Assembly: GCA_028288925.1 (NCBI GenBank)
Contig: JAQGHG010000012.1
Location: forward strand, 13,762-77,761
From: Patescibacteria group bacterium
Lineage (GTDB): Bacteria > Patescibacteriota > Saccharimonadia > UBA4664
DNA length: 64,000 bases
Direction of reading: 5' to 3'
Part shown: one piece after another, positions 1-9,427 of the stretch
Layout: each line of letters begins with the position of its first letter
Position numbering within the stretch: position 1 is the first letter of the stretch
Made by a program: the position numbers and the translations under genes
The notes under the pieces: generated by a model
Database searches by the model: none
Told to the model about the DNA's origin: nothing
What the model saw: the letters and a program-made list of their open reading frames with translations, nothing else

Positions 1-655
1 GGGGCTCGCCGTCGTGCAGCATGGCAATGAGCTTTTCGGGGAATACTCTCACGACTTTTCGTCCCAGAATGATGGCATTCGCGAGCTCCAATTCGTTCAG
101 TATCTTGCCGGCCGTTTCCCGGGATAGACGCACTGAGCTGGCGAATTCCTGCTGAGTTTGGCGCAGATCAATAACCACGAAGCCATTCTTGTGGTCGTCC
201 GCCTTGCTCGCGAACCGCTCGGACAACACCAGCAGGCGATGAATAACCCTCTCTCTGGCTGTGTCTAGATTCAGGTTATGGACACGGGCATAGGCCGCCA
301 AGAGCTTTGGGATAACACCCGCGATCGCTCCTGGGTGGGTATTAATAAATTGATTGAATCTTTCGAGAGACTGTAGCCTTAAACGGGTGTCACCCATGGC
401 CGCGTATGACGCGCATATAGGCATATCTCCAAGGGCCCAGCCAATGGGGAAGAGATCGCCCTCTTTGAGTATTAGGTCAATACGCTCTTCGCCGGTGCCT
501 GTTACAGACACAACTTTGATACGGCCGGAGTAAACCAGATACACTCCTTTTGGTGTTTCGTCGATCGCGACCACTACTTCATTCCTGCCTAGCACCACGT
601 CTTTTCCAGACTCAAAGAATCTGCTCAGGGCGGCGGCTGGCTTGATAAAGTCCAA
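1..655 (-). CDS. Crp/Fnr family transcriptional regulator (3' end runs off the window; missing from the ORF track)
   Basis: Own translation from TTG at 655 (GAGGTG RBS upstream): MDFIKPAAALSRFF...GVYLVYSGRIKV...EGDLFP...TQQEFASSVRLSRETAGKIL; cNMP-binding domain plus Crp HTH (SRET). Confidence 0.88.
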   Translation of the reverse strand, partial: MDFIKPAAALSRFFESGKDVVLGRNEVVVAIDETPKGVYLVYSGRIKVVSVTGTGEERIDLILKEGDLFPIGWALGDMPICASYAAMGDTRLRLQSLERFNQFINTHPGAIAGVIPKLLAAYARVHNLNLDTARERVIHRLLVLSERFASKADDHKNGFVVIDLRQTQQEFASSVRLSRETAGKILNELELANAIILGRKVVRVFPEKLIAMLHDGEP

Positions 656-923
656 AAGAGTTCACCTCGCGATGGTTGGGGTGGCGGAACCACGGCCCGA
701 TCCAACGTAATTATGGGTTGCACGGGATCTACTACCTTCATTTATACCCGCCATGTGGATAGATTACATCGGCTAATACTCCTATATTGGCTCCTTGTCT
801 ACGACGTAGTCCACAAGAAACGATTCAGCCACACGAACCGAGTCGGCGACACCAGTCGGATAATCTCTTCATGCCGCGCAAGTCGCGGACGCGAACATCG
901 ATTCCAAGTAGTGTGCTTTATGC

Positions 924-1565
924 ATGAGCTATCGAAATAAGTCGCGGCCAATACATGAGAAACTGCTGTGCGCCGTTATTTTGTCGGTAGGATTGGCCGC
1001 GGGCTTGGTAGTATTCTTTGCCGCCCCCAAGACCCCGGCGCCAACTAGAATACCTGTATTTGTGCAAACTGCCACATCTCATCAAAAAAATGCTATCGCG
1101 AAACGGCAATCGGCAAAGTACGGCCTGCCCGCTCGTCTCAGCATCCCGGCAATACAGGTCGGGGCGGCCATCGAGCCATTGGGCCTGACACCTGACGGAG
1201 TCATGGCCGCGCCAACAACTCCGGACGGGCTGGCTTGGTATAAATTAGGACCACGCCCTGGCGAGGCAGGTAATGCCGTCATCGCGGGCCACTTTGGCCA
1301 GTGGCCGAGTGGCCAAGGCTCAGTGTTCGACAACTTATTCGAGCTGCGCCGGGGGGACCTACTGTACGCAGAAGATGATGCCGGGGTTATCACCCGGTTT
1401 ATGGTGCGCGAAAGCCGAAGTTATGACCCCGAAGCTGATGCATCGGACGTTTTTGATTCGCACGACGGCGGGCAGCACCTTAATCTGATTACCTGTATGG
1501 GTACTTGGAATAAGGCTCTGGGAAGCTATCCTCGACGGCTGGTAGTGTTTGCGGATATCGATTAG
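924..1565 (+). CDS. Class F sortase
   Basis: N-terminal TM helix; PGExGNAVIAGH, LNLITC and RRLVVFA give the His/Cys/Arg triad. Confidence 0.88.
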   Translation: MSYRNKSRPIHEKLLCAVILSVGLAAGLVVFFAAPKTPAPTRIPVFVQTATSHQKNAIAKRQSAKYGLPARLSIPAIQVGAAIEPLGLTPDGVMAAPTTPDGLAWYKLGPRPGEAGNAVIAGHFGQWPSGQGSVFDNLFELRRGDLLYAEDDAGVITRFMVRESRSYDPEADASDVFDSHDGGQHLNLITCMGTWNKALGSYPRRLVVFADID

Positions 1566-1708
1566 TCCACCGTAATTACATCCAAGAGCCGGTGGAAAGC
1601 ACGATGCCCGCCCAGGAATAATTCGCAAAATAACGACTCTACAGAGCCGTTATTTTGTTACGTACTTATTACTCCAAGAGCGAGCTAGAACTGCGATATA
1701 CTTCATGT

Positions 1709-2485
1709 ATGGTAATACAGCGGCCCGACCGACCAGAGCCTACATTTGATGATGCCATTAACTTTACTTTGGATAAGGAAGAATCATTGCACGGGAATAT
1801 TGAGCACGAGAAGACCGAGAAAGAGCATCCGCTGCGCATTGCTATCGACGGACCCGCTGGTACCGGTAAATCTACGGTCGCGAAATTAGTTGCCGAACGG
1901 CTGGGAATACCTTCGCTAAATTCCGGCCAACTATATCGCTCAGTCGCGTATCTTATGCGGGCCCGAGGCGAGGACCTTGATGACCCAAACCGTGCCGCTG
2001 AGATAGCTGCGTCCATGGAGCCCATAATCGAAGCCGGCGCGGTTACAAAGCTTGGCAATTTTGACGTCTCGGGAATCTTAGGTTCCGATATAATCAGTGC
2101 GGCCACTCCCCGTGTTGCGAAACATCCGGGAGTACGTCAGGTCGTCTCAGACATACAGCAAGAGTACGCGACTCACCACGGAGCCGTTATGGAGGGAAGG
2201 GCGATTGGGACTGCGGTAATGCCGGACGCGGATATAAAAGTTTACCTCACTTGCGACCCGCAGGAGCGCGTTCGGAGGAGGAAGCAAGATGGGAATAATG
2301 AAACCATCGAGGAGTTGCTCGAGCGTGACCGTCTGGATTCGGAGCGCGAAAACGCACCACTCCGGAAGCCTGATGACGCCATAGAAATTGACACTACAAG
2401 CCTCACAACCGATGAGGTGGTAAATATGATTGTCGGTATGGCCAAAAAGATTACCAGCTCCAGCGACGAGCCCGAGAACTTGTAA
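1709..2485 (+). CDS. cmk: Cytidylate kinase
   Basis: IAIDGPAGTGKST P-loop, SGQLYR, MEGRAIGTAVMPDA, ERDRLDSER; start chosen from TATACT-N6-ATG. Confidence 0.92.
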   Translation: MVIQRPDRPEPTFDDAINFTLDKEESLHGNIEHEKTEKEHPLRIAIDGPAGTGKSTVAKLVAERLGIPSLNSGQLYRSVAYLMRARGEDLDDPNRAAEIAASMEPIIEAGAVTKLGNFDVSGILGSDIISAATPRVAKHPGVRQVVSDIQQEYATHHGAVMEGRAIGTAVMPDADIKVYLTCDPQERVRRRKQDGNNETIEELLERDRLDSERENAPLRKPDDAIEIDTTSLTTDEVVNMIVGMAKKITSSSDEPENL

Positions 2486-2612
2486 TTAGAACCTTGTGGC
2501 CATAAGCGCGGTTCTAACGACTTCGACGATGGCCCCTCATAACATTATTTCAAAAGGTATCCTCGGGTCGTCTTCGTTGCTATGCGGAGAAATTTTTTGT
2601 TACAATCTACCA

Positions 2613-2999
2613 ATGGAAATGAAATTAGAACTTGTACCCCTACCCGTCAGCGACGTTGATCAGAGCTTGGCATTTTATAAAGACAAAGTCGGATTCAATC
2701 TGGACCACGACGTGCGGCCGGGCAACGGGATGAGAATTGTACAGCTTACTCCGCCTGGTTCAGCTTGCTCAATCGTGATTGGCACCGGGATGGAGGATGA
2801 TTCAGACAGGATCGGCTCAATCAAGAACTTACATTTAGTAGTAAAAGACATTGATGCCGCCCGGGCGGATCTCGTCGGCCGCGATGTTGACGTGAGTGAC
2901 GTGAATGATATGGGCGGGGTAAAATACGCCTATTTTGAAGACCCCGACGGCAACTCCTGGGCATTGCAAGAGATTAATAAAGCGGCTCGACCCAACTAG
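2613..2999 (+). CDS. VOC/glyoxalase family protein
   Basis: LPVSDVDQSLAFY...FEDPDGNSWALQE. Confidence 0.88.
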   Translation: MEMKLELVPLPVSDVDQSLAFYKDKVGFNLDHDVRPGNGMRIVQLTPPGSACSIVIGTGMEDDSDRIGSIKNLHLVVKDIDAARADLVGRDVDVSDVNDMGGVKYAYFEDPDGNSWALQEINKAARPN

Positions 3000-3016
3000 C
3001 GGTCGGCGGGTAGCCC

Positions 3017-3577
3017 TTACTTCCGGTCGTCCATCTTCTCAAGTAGCTTCAGCAACTTTGTTGTCGTGTTCCAGCTGCGGATGGTCATGGATTTGTAGGC
3101 CGGTGTGCCGACGATTTTGCCGAGACGGCTTTTGGTGCGCTCGGCACTGAGGCGCTGGGAGTAGATTACGCCATCGCCCGGCCAGACCTTGTCGACGCCC
3201 TCCCGGGGAGCGAACACGGCCATAGCCTGGGCCGAATCAATACCCATCAAGAAGACCGCATCGCTATGATAATTCTCCGGCTGCTCACCGAAACCCTTAG
3301 GCTTGTCGTCGATGACGGCCTGGAGCTGACCCCGGGTTAACACCAAGACTTTGATAAGCTCGCTATCGAGTTTGAAGCTCTTAGTCAGATCCACTTCAAT
3401 CTGAGCTTGTATCTCGTCGGCAGACTTGGCGGATTCTAAAATCACATTACCGCTGGCGATATAGGTTGAGATATTGGAAAACCCCAATTCCTCTAGGCAG
3501 GTTCTCAAGCCCGCCATCGGTACGCTGTTTTTGCCGCCGACATTGATGCCGCGCAGAAGTATCACATAGGTGTTCAT
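3017..3577 (-). CDS. DUF1697 family protein
   Basis: YVILLRGINVGGKN...TYIASGNV...TIRSWNT; likely start 3577 rather than 4081. Confidence 0.88.
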   Translation of the reverse strand: MNTYVILLRGINVGGKNSVPMAGLRTCLEELGFSNISTYIASGNVILESAKSADEIQAQIEVDLTKSFKLDSELIKVLVLTRGQLQAVIDDKPKGFGEQPENYHSDAVFLMGIDSAQAMAVFAPREGVDKVWPGDGVIYSQRLSAERTKSRLGKIVGTPAYKSMTIRSWNTTTKLLKLLEKMDDRK

Positions 3578-3671
3578 TGCCTCATTGTACCTGAAAGATA
3601 CCTCTTGCCGCTGGGAACCTATGGCGCTTAAGACTTGATAATACTTATGCTTAAACGTACAGTCAGTAAGA

Positions 3672-4865
3672 ATGACAACCAAACCAAGACCCAAGAGACA
3701 GAGACGTAGAGGCGGCACCACAGTAAGCCGGCTTAAACGACTTCGGCAAAAAATATACCGGAAAGAACTCTTGCTTCTGTTTTCGGCCGCCCTACTGCTT
3801 CTGATCGGAGTGTTGACGCGAATGACGAAACCGCTCGACGACTCCAGCATCGCCAATACGGCGGATATAACGGTCCGGTCATCTATCTCCAAGGACATAC
3901 GCGGTAAGCTGTTGGCCGCGAGAGACCAGATTAGGACGCTGGAAGACGCGCAGGCCAAAGCCGGCGTGAGCGCGGTGCCGGACGCGATGGTCCAGGCCGA
4001 AATATCGGCCGTAAGTCTTGACCTCCAGGGCCAAAAACTGAAAAAAGCCCACAAGGATTTGGACCATCTCAGAAGCCACATACCCGGCTGGCAGAAACAG
4101 GTAGCCGATGCGATTACGCAAAAACAGCGACAAGAAGCGGCTCAACAAGCGGCGGCCCAACAAGCTCAGCAGCGAGCGGCGGCTGCCGGCACGGCGCCGG
4201 GGCAGCCCTACTGGCAGATACCCATTCTGATATACCACGACACGCCCGCGGACTTCGAGAGCCAGCTCCAGACATTAGTAGCGAAAGGCTATCACGCCAT
4301 CGACTTGGATCAGCTGCACTCGGCTATTACGGCCGGAGGCCCGTTACCGGGCAAGCCCGTCGTCATTACCTTTGATGACGGCTTTTCCGACCAAATGACG
4401 GCCTTTAGCTTGCTCAAAAAGTACGGCATGAAAGCCACCTTCTACATCATAAATGCGGGCGATGCCAGCAATTGGTGCATCGGCGCCGGCCGGCAGTACG
4501 GCTTGCCCACACAGCCGGCGGGTGGGTGCGGCGACCAATACATGAGTTGGGATCAGGTAAGGGAACTCGACCGGAGCGGCCTCATCACCATTGGGTCGCA
4601 TACGCTTGATCATTTAAGCCTGCCCAGCCTCCCCCTCGACCAGGAACGCCTCGAAATCATACAGGCGAAGGCCGAGCTAGAGGCGCAGCTAGGGCATGCG
4701 GTACGCCACTTCGCATATCCGTACGGCAGCTACAACGCCACGACCATCGCGATCGTGCAGGGCGCCGGCTTCTTAACGGCGGTCAGCACTATACCCGGCA
4801 CCGTTCAGACCAAGTCTAATCTGTATAGCCTCCACCGGGTGAGAAATGCCTACCTTTTGCCGTAG
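3672..4865 (+). CDS. Membrane-anchored polysaccharide deacetylase (CE4/NodB) with coiled-coil stalk
   Basis: TM helix, Q/A-rich linker, PILIYH, ITFDDG, IGSHTLDH, FAYPYG. Confidence 0.9.
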   Translation: MTTKPRPKRQRRRGGTTVSRLKRLRQKIYRKELLLLFSAALLLLIGVLTRMTKPLDDSSIANTADITVRSSISKDIRGKLLAARDQIRTLEDAQAKAGVSAVPDAMVQAEISAVSLDLQGQKLKKAHKDLDHLRSHIPGWQKQVADAITQKQRQEAAQQAAAQQAQQRAAAAGTAPGQPYWQIPILIYHDTPADFESQLQTLVAKGYHAIDLDQLHSAITAGGPLPGKPVVITFDDGFSDQMTAFSLLKKYGMKATFYIINAGDASNWCIGAGRQYGLPTQPAGGCGDQYMSWDQVRELDRSGLITIGSHTLDHLSLPSLPLDQERLEIIQAKAELEAQLGHAVRHFAYPYGSYNATTIAIVQGAGFLTAVSTIPGTVQTKSNLYSLHRVRNAYLLP

Positions 4866-4934
4866 AGGTTCTTTACTCAACAAGCCGGTTCGACCTGGGA
4901 TATACTGAAAGCTAAGTACTGTTTTGGAGCCGCG

Positions 4935-5321
4935 ATGAAAGAACTCACACTCAGAATCAAAATCGCGCGCACGCCGGAAGACGTGTTTGAATTCACGACC
5001 AATCCCGCCAATACCCCGAAGTGGATAGACTTTATCACGGAAGAGCAGACCAATGAGTGGCCGCCAAAGGTTGGAACAATCTACCGAAATCATTCCGGCG
5101 ACGGCCAATGGTCGGAGCTGGAAGTCACGAGCTACGCCGAGAACTATACCTTCACGATGTCGCGCAAAGACGGCTCGTTCCACGTCACGTACACCGTCAA
5201 GCCTCTTGGCGAGAATCTGACCGAACTGGAATTTCACGAACGAGTAGAGGAGGGCGAGCTAGGAGACCAGTTTACCCAGGCTACTCTCGAAAAGCTCAAG
5301 CGAGTAATGGAGGCTACATAA
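4935..5321 (+). CDS. SRPBCC family protein
   Basis: IARTPEDVFEFTTNPANTPKW N-terminus; C-terminal LEKLKRVME helix. Confidence 0.75.
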   Translation: MKELTLRIKIARTPEDVFEFTTNPANTPKWIDFITEEQTNEWPPKVGTIYRNHSGDGQWSELEVTSYAENYTFTMSRKDGSFHVTYTVKPLGENLTELEFHERVEEGELGDQFTQATLEKLKRVMEAT

Positions 5322-5322
5322 C

Positions 5323-6006
5323 ATGAAGCTTAAACTTATAAATAAAGAAAACCTCACCGACAACATCTGGGCGTTCCGCTTCGAGCCTGATGAAAAGCAA
5401 AGCTGGATCCCCGGCCAGTTTATCCGCGTCGAAATTCCTCACGAACAGCCGGACGAGGAAGGAGCCAAGCGCTGGTTTACCGTGTCGTCCGCGCCGTACG
5501 AGGGGCTCATGCAGATCACCACCCGCGTCACCGGCACCACCTTCAAGCGGGCTCTGGCCGCCGTTCCCGTGGGCGCCGAAATCGATATGCTCGAAGCCCC
5601 GGACGGCGACTTTGTCTGGCCGGATTCGGAACTGCCGCTCATCTTCATCGCCGGCGGCATCGGTGCCACGCCGTTCTACAGCATGCTCAAGCAGCGCTTT
5701 CACGACCACCAACCACTCGGCGTCATGCTGGTCTATGGTGGCCGCACCGCCGACCTGCCGTTCCGCGCCGAATTCGACCAGTGGGCCGCCGCCGACCCTC
5801 GCTTCAAAATCCACTACGTCATCGGCGAACCGCTCACGCCCGCCGGCCTCACCGCGCTCGAACCCAAGCTCAACGACTCGCTCGTCTATCTGTCCGGCCC
5901 CGAGCCCATGGTTGAGTCGCTCGGTGACCAGCTCAAGGCGTCCGGTCTGCCCGAAGCCCAGCTCAGGCAAGATTTCTTCCCGAATTATACCGAAGCCAAT
6001 TACTAG
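5323..6006 (+). CDS. FAD/NAD(P)-binding oxidoreductase (ferredoxin reductase-like)
   Basis: PGQFI, RWFTVSSAP, FIAGGIGATPF, YLSGPEPMV. Confidence 0.88.
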   Translation: MKLKLINKENLTDNIWAFRFEPDEKQSWIPGQFIRVEIPHEQPDEEGAKRWFTVSSAPYEGLMQITTRVTGTTFKRALAAVPVGAEIDMLEAPDGDFVWPDSELPLIFIAGGIGATPFYSMLKQRFHDHQPLGVMLVYGGRTADLPFRAEFDQWAAADPRFKIHYVIGEPLTPAGLTALEPKLNDSLVYLSGPEPMVESLGDQLKASGLPEAQLRQDFFPNYTEANY

Positions 6007-6015
6007 GCCGGCCGC

Positions 6016-6642
6016 ATGGTAGAAATACACATTCGCCACGGCCAAGCCTCCGCCGAAACCGGCTGGGGGTTGACCAAAGAAGGCAAACGCCAAGCCCAAG
6101 CCGTCGCCGCGTACCTGCAAACACACTATCCCGAGGCCTTCACTATCGGCGTCCACTCCGGATCGCGCCGGGCCATGGAGACCGCGCAGCTACTCGGCCT
6201 GCCTGACATCGAATGGGCCAATGACGCGCGTTTGCGCGAAGCCGACTGGCAAGGCAACCCCGAGCCGCGGAAATTCGAACCATGGCAAGAAATGTATGCC
6301 CAAGTGGCGGCCGCGTGTCGGGATTGGGATACCCAGAGCGCTGGGAAGAACCGGGTCGTTGTGTCTCATGGCGGCACGATGCGGATGGTTCGCGCTTATC
6401 GCGAAGGCCTTACTGGATCGCGGTTCCATCTACTCTTCGAAGAGCCGTACAAATACTTTACGAATTGCCAGATACTTATCTATACCAATGAAAGCCCAAA
6501 AAACGGGACGATCGATCCCGAAAAGTTGTGGGTCAAGTCGGTCTGCCCATGGGATGAGGGCCGTTTCGGCCACGACTGGGTCCGCTCTGCAACCTTTCTG
6601 CCATTCCGGCGTCCGTCGAACGGGCCAAGACCGATCCGCTAG
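6016..6642 (+). CDS. Histidine phosphatase family protein
   Basis: RHG, LTKEGKRQA, RAMETA, LRE, VSHGG. Confidence 0.85.
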   Translation: MVEIHIRHGQASAETGWGLTKEGKRQAQAVAAYLQTHYPEAFTIGVHSGSRRAMETAQLLGLPDIEWANDARLREADWQGNPEPRKFEPWQEMYAQVAAACRDWDTQSAGKNRVVVSHGGTMRMVRAYREGLTGSRFHLLFEEPYKYFTNCQILIYTNESPKNGTIDPEKLWVKSVCPWDEGRFGHDWVRSATFLPFRRPSNGPRPIR

Positions 6643-6831
6643 CCTTCGGTCAGCTGTACGATCGCTACTACCTCAGGATATCACCTCGGATGCCTTCTTT
6701 AAGGCTATGGGTAGCCTTCCCGGCTTTGAGTGGCGCGGATTCCCGTTCTCTGCCTGGGCGGTAGCATTTCTTCGCACTGTATTTTAGGGGATCTGCGGCA
6801 ATCCTCCATAGTTCCATAGTATAGTTAAACC

Positions 6832-7245
6832 ATGGCGAATAAAAAGAAAGTCGCGCCCGCTAAATGGCCGCCACGCCGGCTCATGGCGGTTTATATAGCG
6901 GTGATGCTAGGGCTAATTCCCTGGACTATTAGTCTGGTCTATACTCTGCCCGCCCAGCATTTTGCACCCCACTGGAACGTAACATGGGTAGGGTTTGATC
7001 TGGTGCTCCTCACTACGCTGGCGACAACCGTCTTCCTGAGCTATCGGCGCTCGGTTTGGGTTATTCTGCCGGCTATGGCCCTGGGCGTCCTGCTGCTCGT
7101 GGACGCCTGGCTCGACATCACGACGGCCGCGCCGGGGAACGAGCTCACGTGGGCGCTCATCACCGGCTTGGCGGCCGAGATACCGCTGGCCGCGGCATCA
7201 TTCTGGCTAGCGGTGAAGACGATTTTGGTATACTTAAAACCATGA
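6832..7245 (+). CDS. Hypothetical membrane protein (about 4 TM)
   Basis: Hydrophobic segments; WVGFD and DAWLD motifs. Confidence 0.7.
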   Translation: MANKKKVAPAKWPPRRLMAVYIAVMLGLIPWTISLVYTLPAQHFAPHWNVTWVGFDLVLLTTLATTVFLSYRRSVWVILPAMALGVLLLVDAWLDITTAAPGNELTWALITGLAAEIPLAAASFWLAVKTILVYLKP

Positions 7246-7751
7246 CAAAAAGCCGCGAAATCAGCACGAGCGACCTGGAACAACGAATTGAATTGCTAAA
7301 AGAGCGCATTTACGCCACCCTGGCGCTACTGGCCATCCTGCTCACCATCGACACAGCCCACACATCCACTGCCAAGGCCGCCGTAATCGTCGGCGGCACC
7401 GCGCTATCGCTGTGGGCGGCTAGCTTGGTAGCATCGCGCATGGCGTATCGGATCATCACGCAGGCGCGATCAGACACGGCGGTGCTCGACAAACAATTTG
7501 TGCGCCATTCGCCGCTCCTGGTAGCGGCAATCTTCCCGCTATTCACCATCTTTTTGTCATTCATCGGAGCAATCAGTCTAGCGGTCGCTATCGACATCGC
7601 AACCGGCGCGTCGCTGCTGCTGATCCTCGGGTGGTCGTTGCTCTCGGCGCGAGCCATGAAGGCCGGAAAACTATCTACCTTAATCCTGACCGCGGGGCAC
7701 CTAGCCATTGGGCTTGCGATCGTCAGCTTAAAGATAGCCGTGGGCCACTAA
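7242..7751 (+). CDS. Hypothetical membrane protein
   Basis: ATGA overlap with upstream stop; LKERIYA followed by several TM segments. Confidence 0.7.
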   Translation: MTKSREISTSDLEQRIELLKERIYATLALLAILLTIDTAHTSTAKAAVIVGGTALSLWAASLVASRMAYRIITQARSDTAVLDKQFVRHSPLLVAAIFPLFTIFLSFIGAISLAVAIDIATGASLLLILGWSLLSARAMKAGKLSTLILTAGHLAIGLAIVSLKIAVGH

Positions 7752-7859
7752 CGCCGGGGTATTCGTTGGTTAAAGTAGGGGACCTACGATTACTATCACA
7801 CACCATATCGGCCAACTGGTAAATAGTATGGTTCGGATCTTTTTTGTTACTATGTTGGT

Positions 7860-8213
7860 ATGGATAAAGCCACCGAAGATTCAAAGAAGCGGATTAAGCA
7901 GACAGTGCTTGTCCTGGAAGAGCTGTTGAGTGGCTTGCCGCTCGTTAGTATGAGCAGAAAGTTTAATAACACCAACTTCACCGTAGGAGGGAAAGTCTTT
8001 GCATTCACCAAAAATGAGGGTTTAACACTTAAGCTACCCGCGGAAATGACCGACGCCCTAATCAAGCATGGCCGCGCCGAACGCCTCGTCATGGGCGGCC
8101 GGGCGATGAAGGAGTGGGTAACTATTACTCACACCAACCCCAAAAAATATGAGGCCGACATCGAACTGATTAACGCGGCGATTAAGTTTACGAAAGGGAC
8201 GGATGAGTCATGA
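7860..8213 (+). CDS. MmcQ/YjbR/TfoX-like protein
   Basis: FTVGGKVFAF...LTLKL...MKEWV. Confidence 0.6.
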   Translation: MDKATEDSKKRIKQTVLVLEELLSGLPLVSMSRKFNNTNFTVGGKVFAFTKNEGLTLKLPAEMTDALIKHGRAERLVMGGRAMKEWVTITHTNPKKYEADIELINAAIKFTKGTDES

Positions 8214-8614
8214 ATAATAAAATCATCATCGCCATTGTCGCGGGAGTCGTAGTGGTAGGAGGCGCAATCTTCGCGGTCTCCCAGCGCCCGTCCGGTACAC
8301 CGGCGGCTACGCCAAGCCCGGCGCCCAACACTCAGAATGCCCAAGCGGCGGCCACCATTACGTATTCCGCCAATGGGTTCTCACCCGCGACCACAACCAT
8401 TAAGTCCGGCCAGTCGGTGACGTTTAAAAATACCTCGTCCAGCGAAGTCCAGGTTGACTCCGATCCGCATCCCATCCATACCGACAACGAAGATCTAAAC
8501 GTAGGGACTATCGCCCCCGGTCAGAGCAAGACCGTCGTGCTCACCAAGAAAGGCGCCTTCGGCCTTCACAACCACCTTAACCCCGGTAACACGGCCCATA
8601 TTACTATCCAATAG
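8210..8614 (+). CDS. Membrane-anchored cupredoxin-domain protein
   Basis: TM helix, GFSPATTTIKSGQSVTFKN, SDPHPIH, IAPGQS, HNHLNP. Confidence 0.75.
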   Translation: MNNKIIIAIVAGVVVVGGAIFAVSQRPSGTPAATPSPAPNTQNAQAAATITYSANGFSPATTTIKSGQSVTFKNTSSSEVQVDSDPHPIHTDNEDLNVGTIAPGQSKTVVLTKKGAFGLHNHLNPGNTAHITIQ

Positions 8615-8658
8615 CCGGGAAGCGGTTGTATAATGCTTATGTATAGGGAAGGAAATAT

Positions 8659-9423
8659 ATGTTCATTCCGATCACCGCCATCACGACACTTGTAGGCGTT
8701 CTAGTCATGTTTGGCGCCTGGGTCTTTGTCGGCAGCCGCATCCGGCAGGCTCATACGGCAACGCTGCGCCCCGTACTGTTGCTGCACAAATTCTTTTTGC
8801 ATATGGCTATCTTCTTCCTCCTCATGTGGGCGCCGCACCTGTGGATTACGTTTGATCCAATCAATTTTTCCCTGCCTATGGCGATCGGCTATACGTTCGG
8901 CCATATCTTCCTTTACCTGGCGTTTATTGATATCGCCCAGATGACCTGCGTGATCGTGCCGAAGTTGGCATCCAAGGAGCGCTTGGCCACCCTCGTGGGC
9001 TACGCCTTGTGCGTCGTGATTACGACCATTAACGCCATTACCATGATCTGGGGCAAGCAGCCGACGTTTGACTACGCCAACAACGTAACCCTCTTCAACG
9101 CCCACCCGATTGTCGGCGCCTCCATCGGCATCTTGGCTGCCGTCTCGGTGTTACCCGCGGCGGTGCTGTTCATCATCAACGCCTTCAAGAGCCACAGTAC
9201 CCGCCGAGTCCGCTCTTTGCTATTGGGCACGGGCTTCTTCTTGCTCATGACGGCGGGTCCGCTCCACGACGTCGCCCGCACGAGCCAGCTCTACTTGATA
9301 GCCGATATTTTCTCGATGGTTAGCATCGTTCTGGTGGGGATCGGCGTGGTCTACCGCTTGGAGCAAAGCTTGTCGCTATCCAGCCCGGCTTCGGCCAAGG
9401 CGCCGGCCCCCAACGCTATTTAG
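8659..9423 (+). CDS. Stand-alone 7TM membrane protein
   Basis: About 7 hydrophobic helices, no soluble catalytic domain; GGAAGG RBS. Confidence 0.7.
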   Translation: MFIPITAITTLVGVLVMFGAWVFVGSRIRQAHTATLRPVLLLHKFFLHMAIFFLLMWAPHLWITFDPINFSLPMAIGYTFGHIFLYLAFIDIAQMTCVIVPKLASKERLATLVGYALCVVITTINAITMIWGKQPTFDYANNVTLFNAHPIVGASIGILAAVSVLPAAVLFIINAFKSHSTRRVRSLLLGTGFFLLMTAGPLHDVARTSQLYLIADIFSMVSIVLVGIGVVYRLEQSLSLSSPASAKAPAPNAI

Positions 9424-9427
9424 CGGT

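Noticed and set aside
924-1565. Sortase-linked pilus or surface-protein cluster
   Set aside because: No protein with a clear C-terminal LPxTG-type sorting signal found in the window
3578-4081. N-terminal extension of the DUF1697 ORF to 354 aa
   Set aside because: It overlaps the deacetylase on the other strand; family homology and a -10 box support a start at 3577
6664-6765. Imperfect inverted repeat GCTACTACCTCAGG...CCTGGGCGGTAGC in an intergenic region
   Set aside because: Single copy, weak pairing, lacks the repeat-family ends; not enough to call
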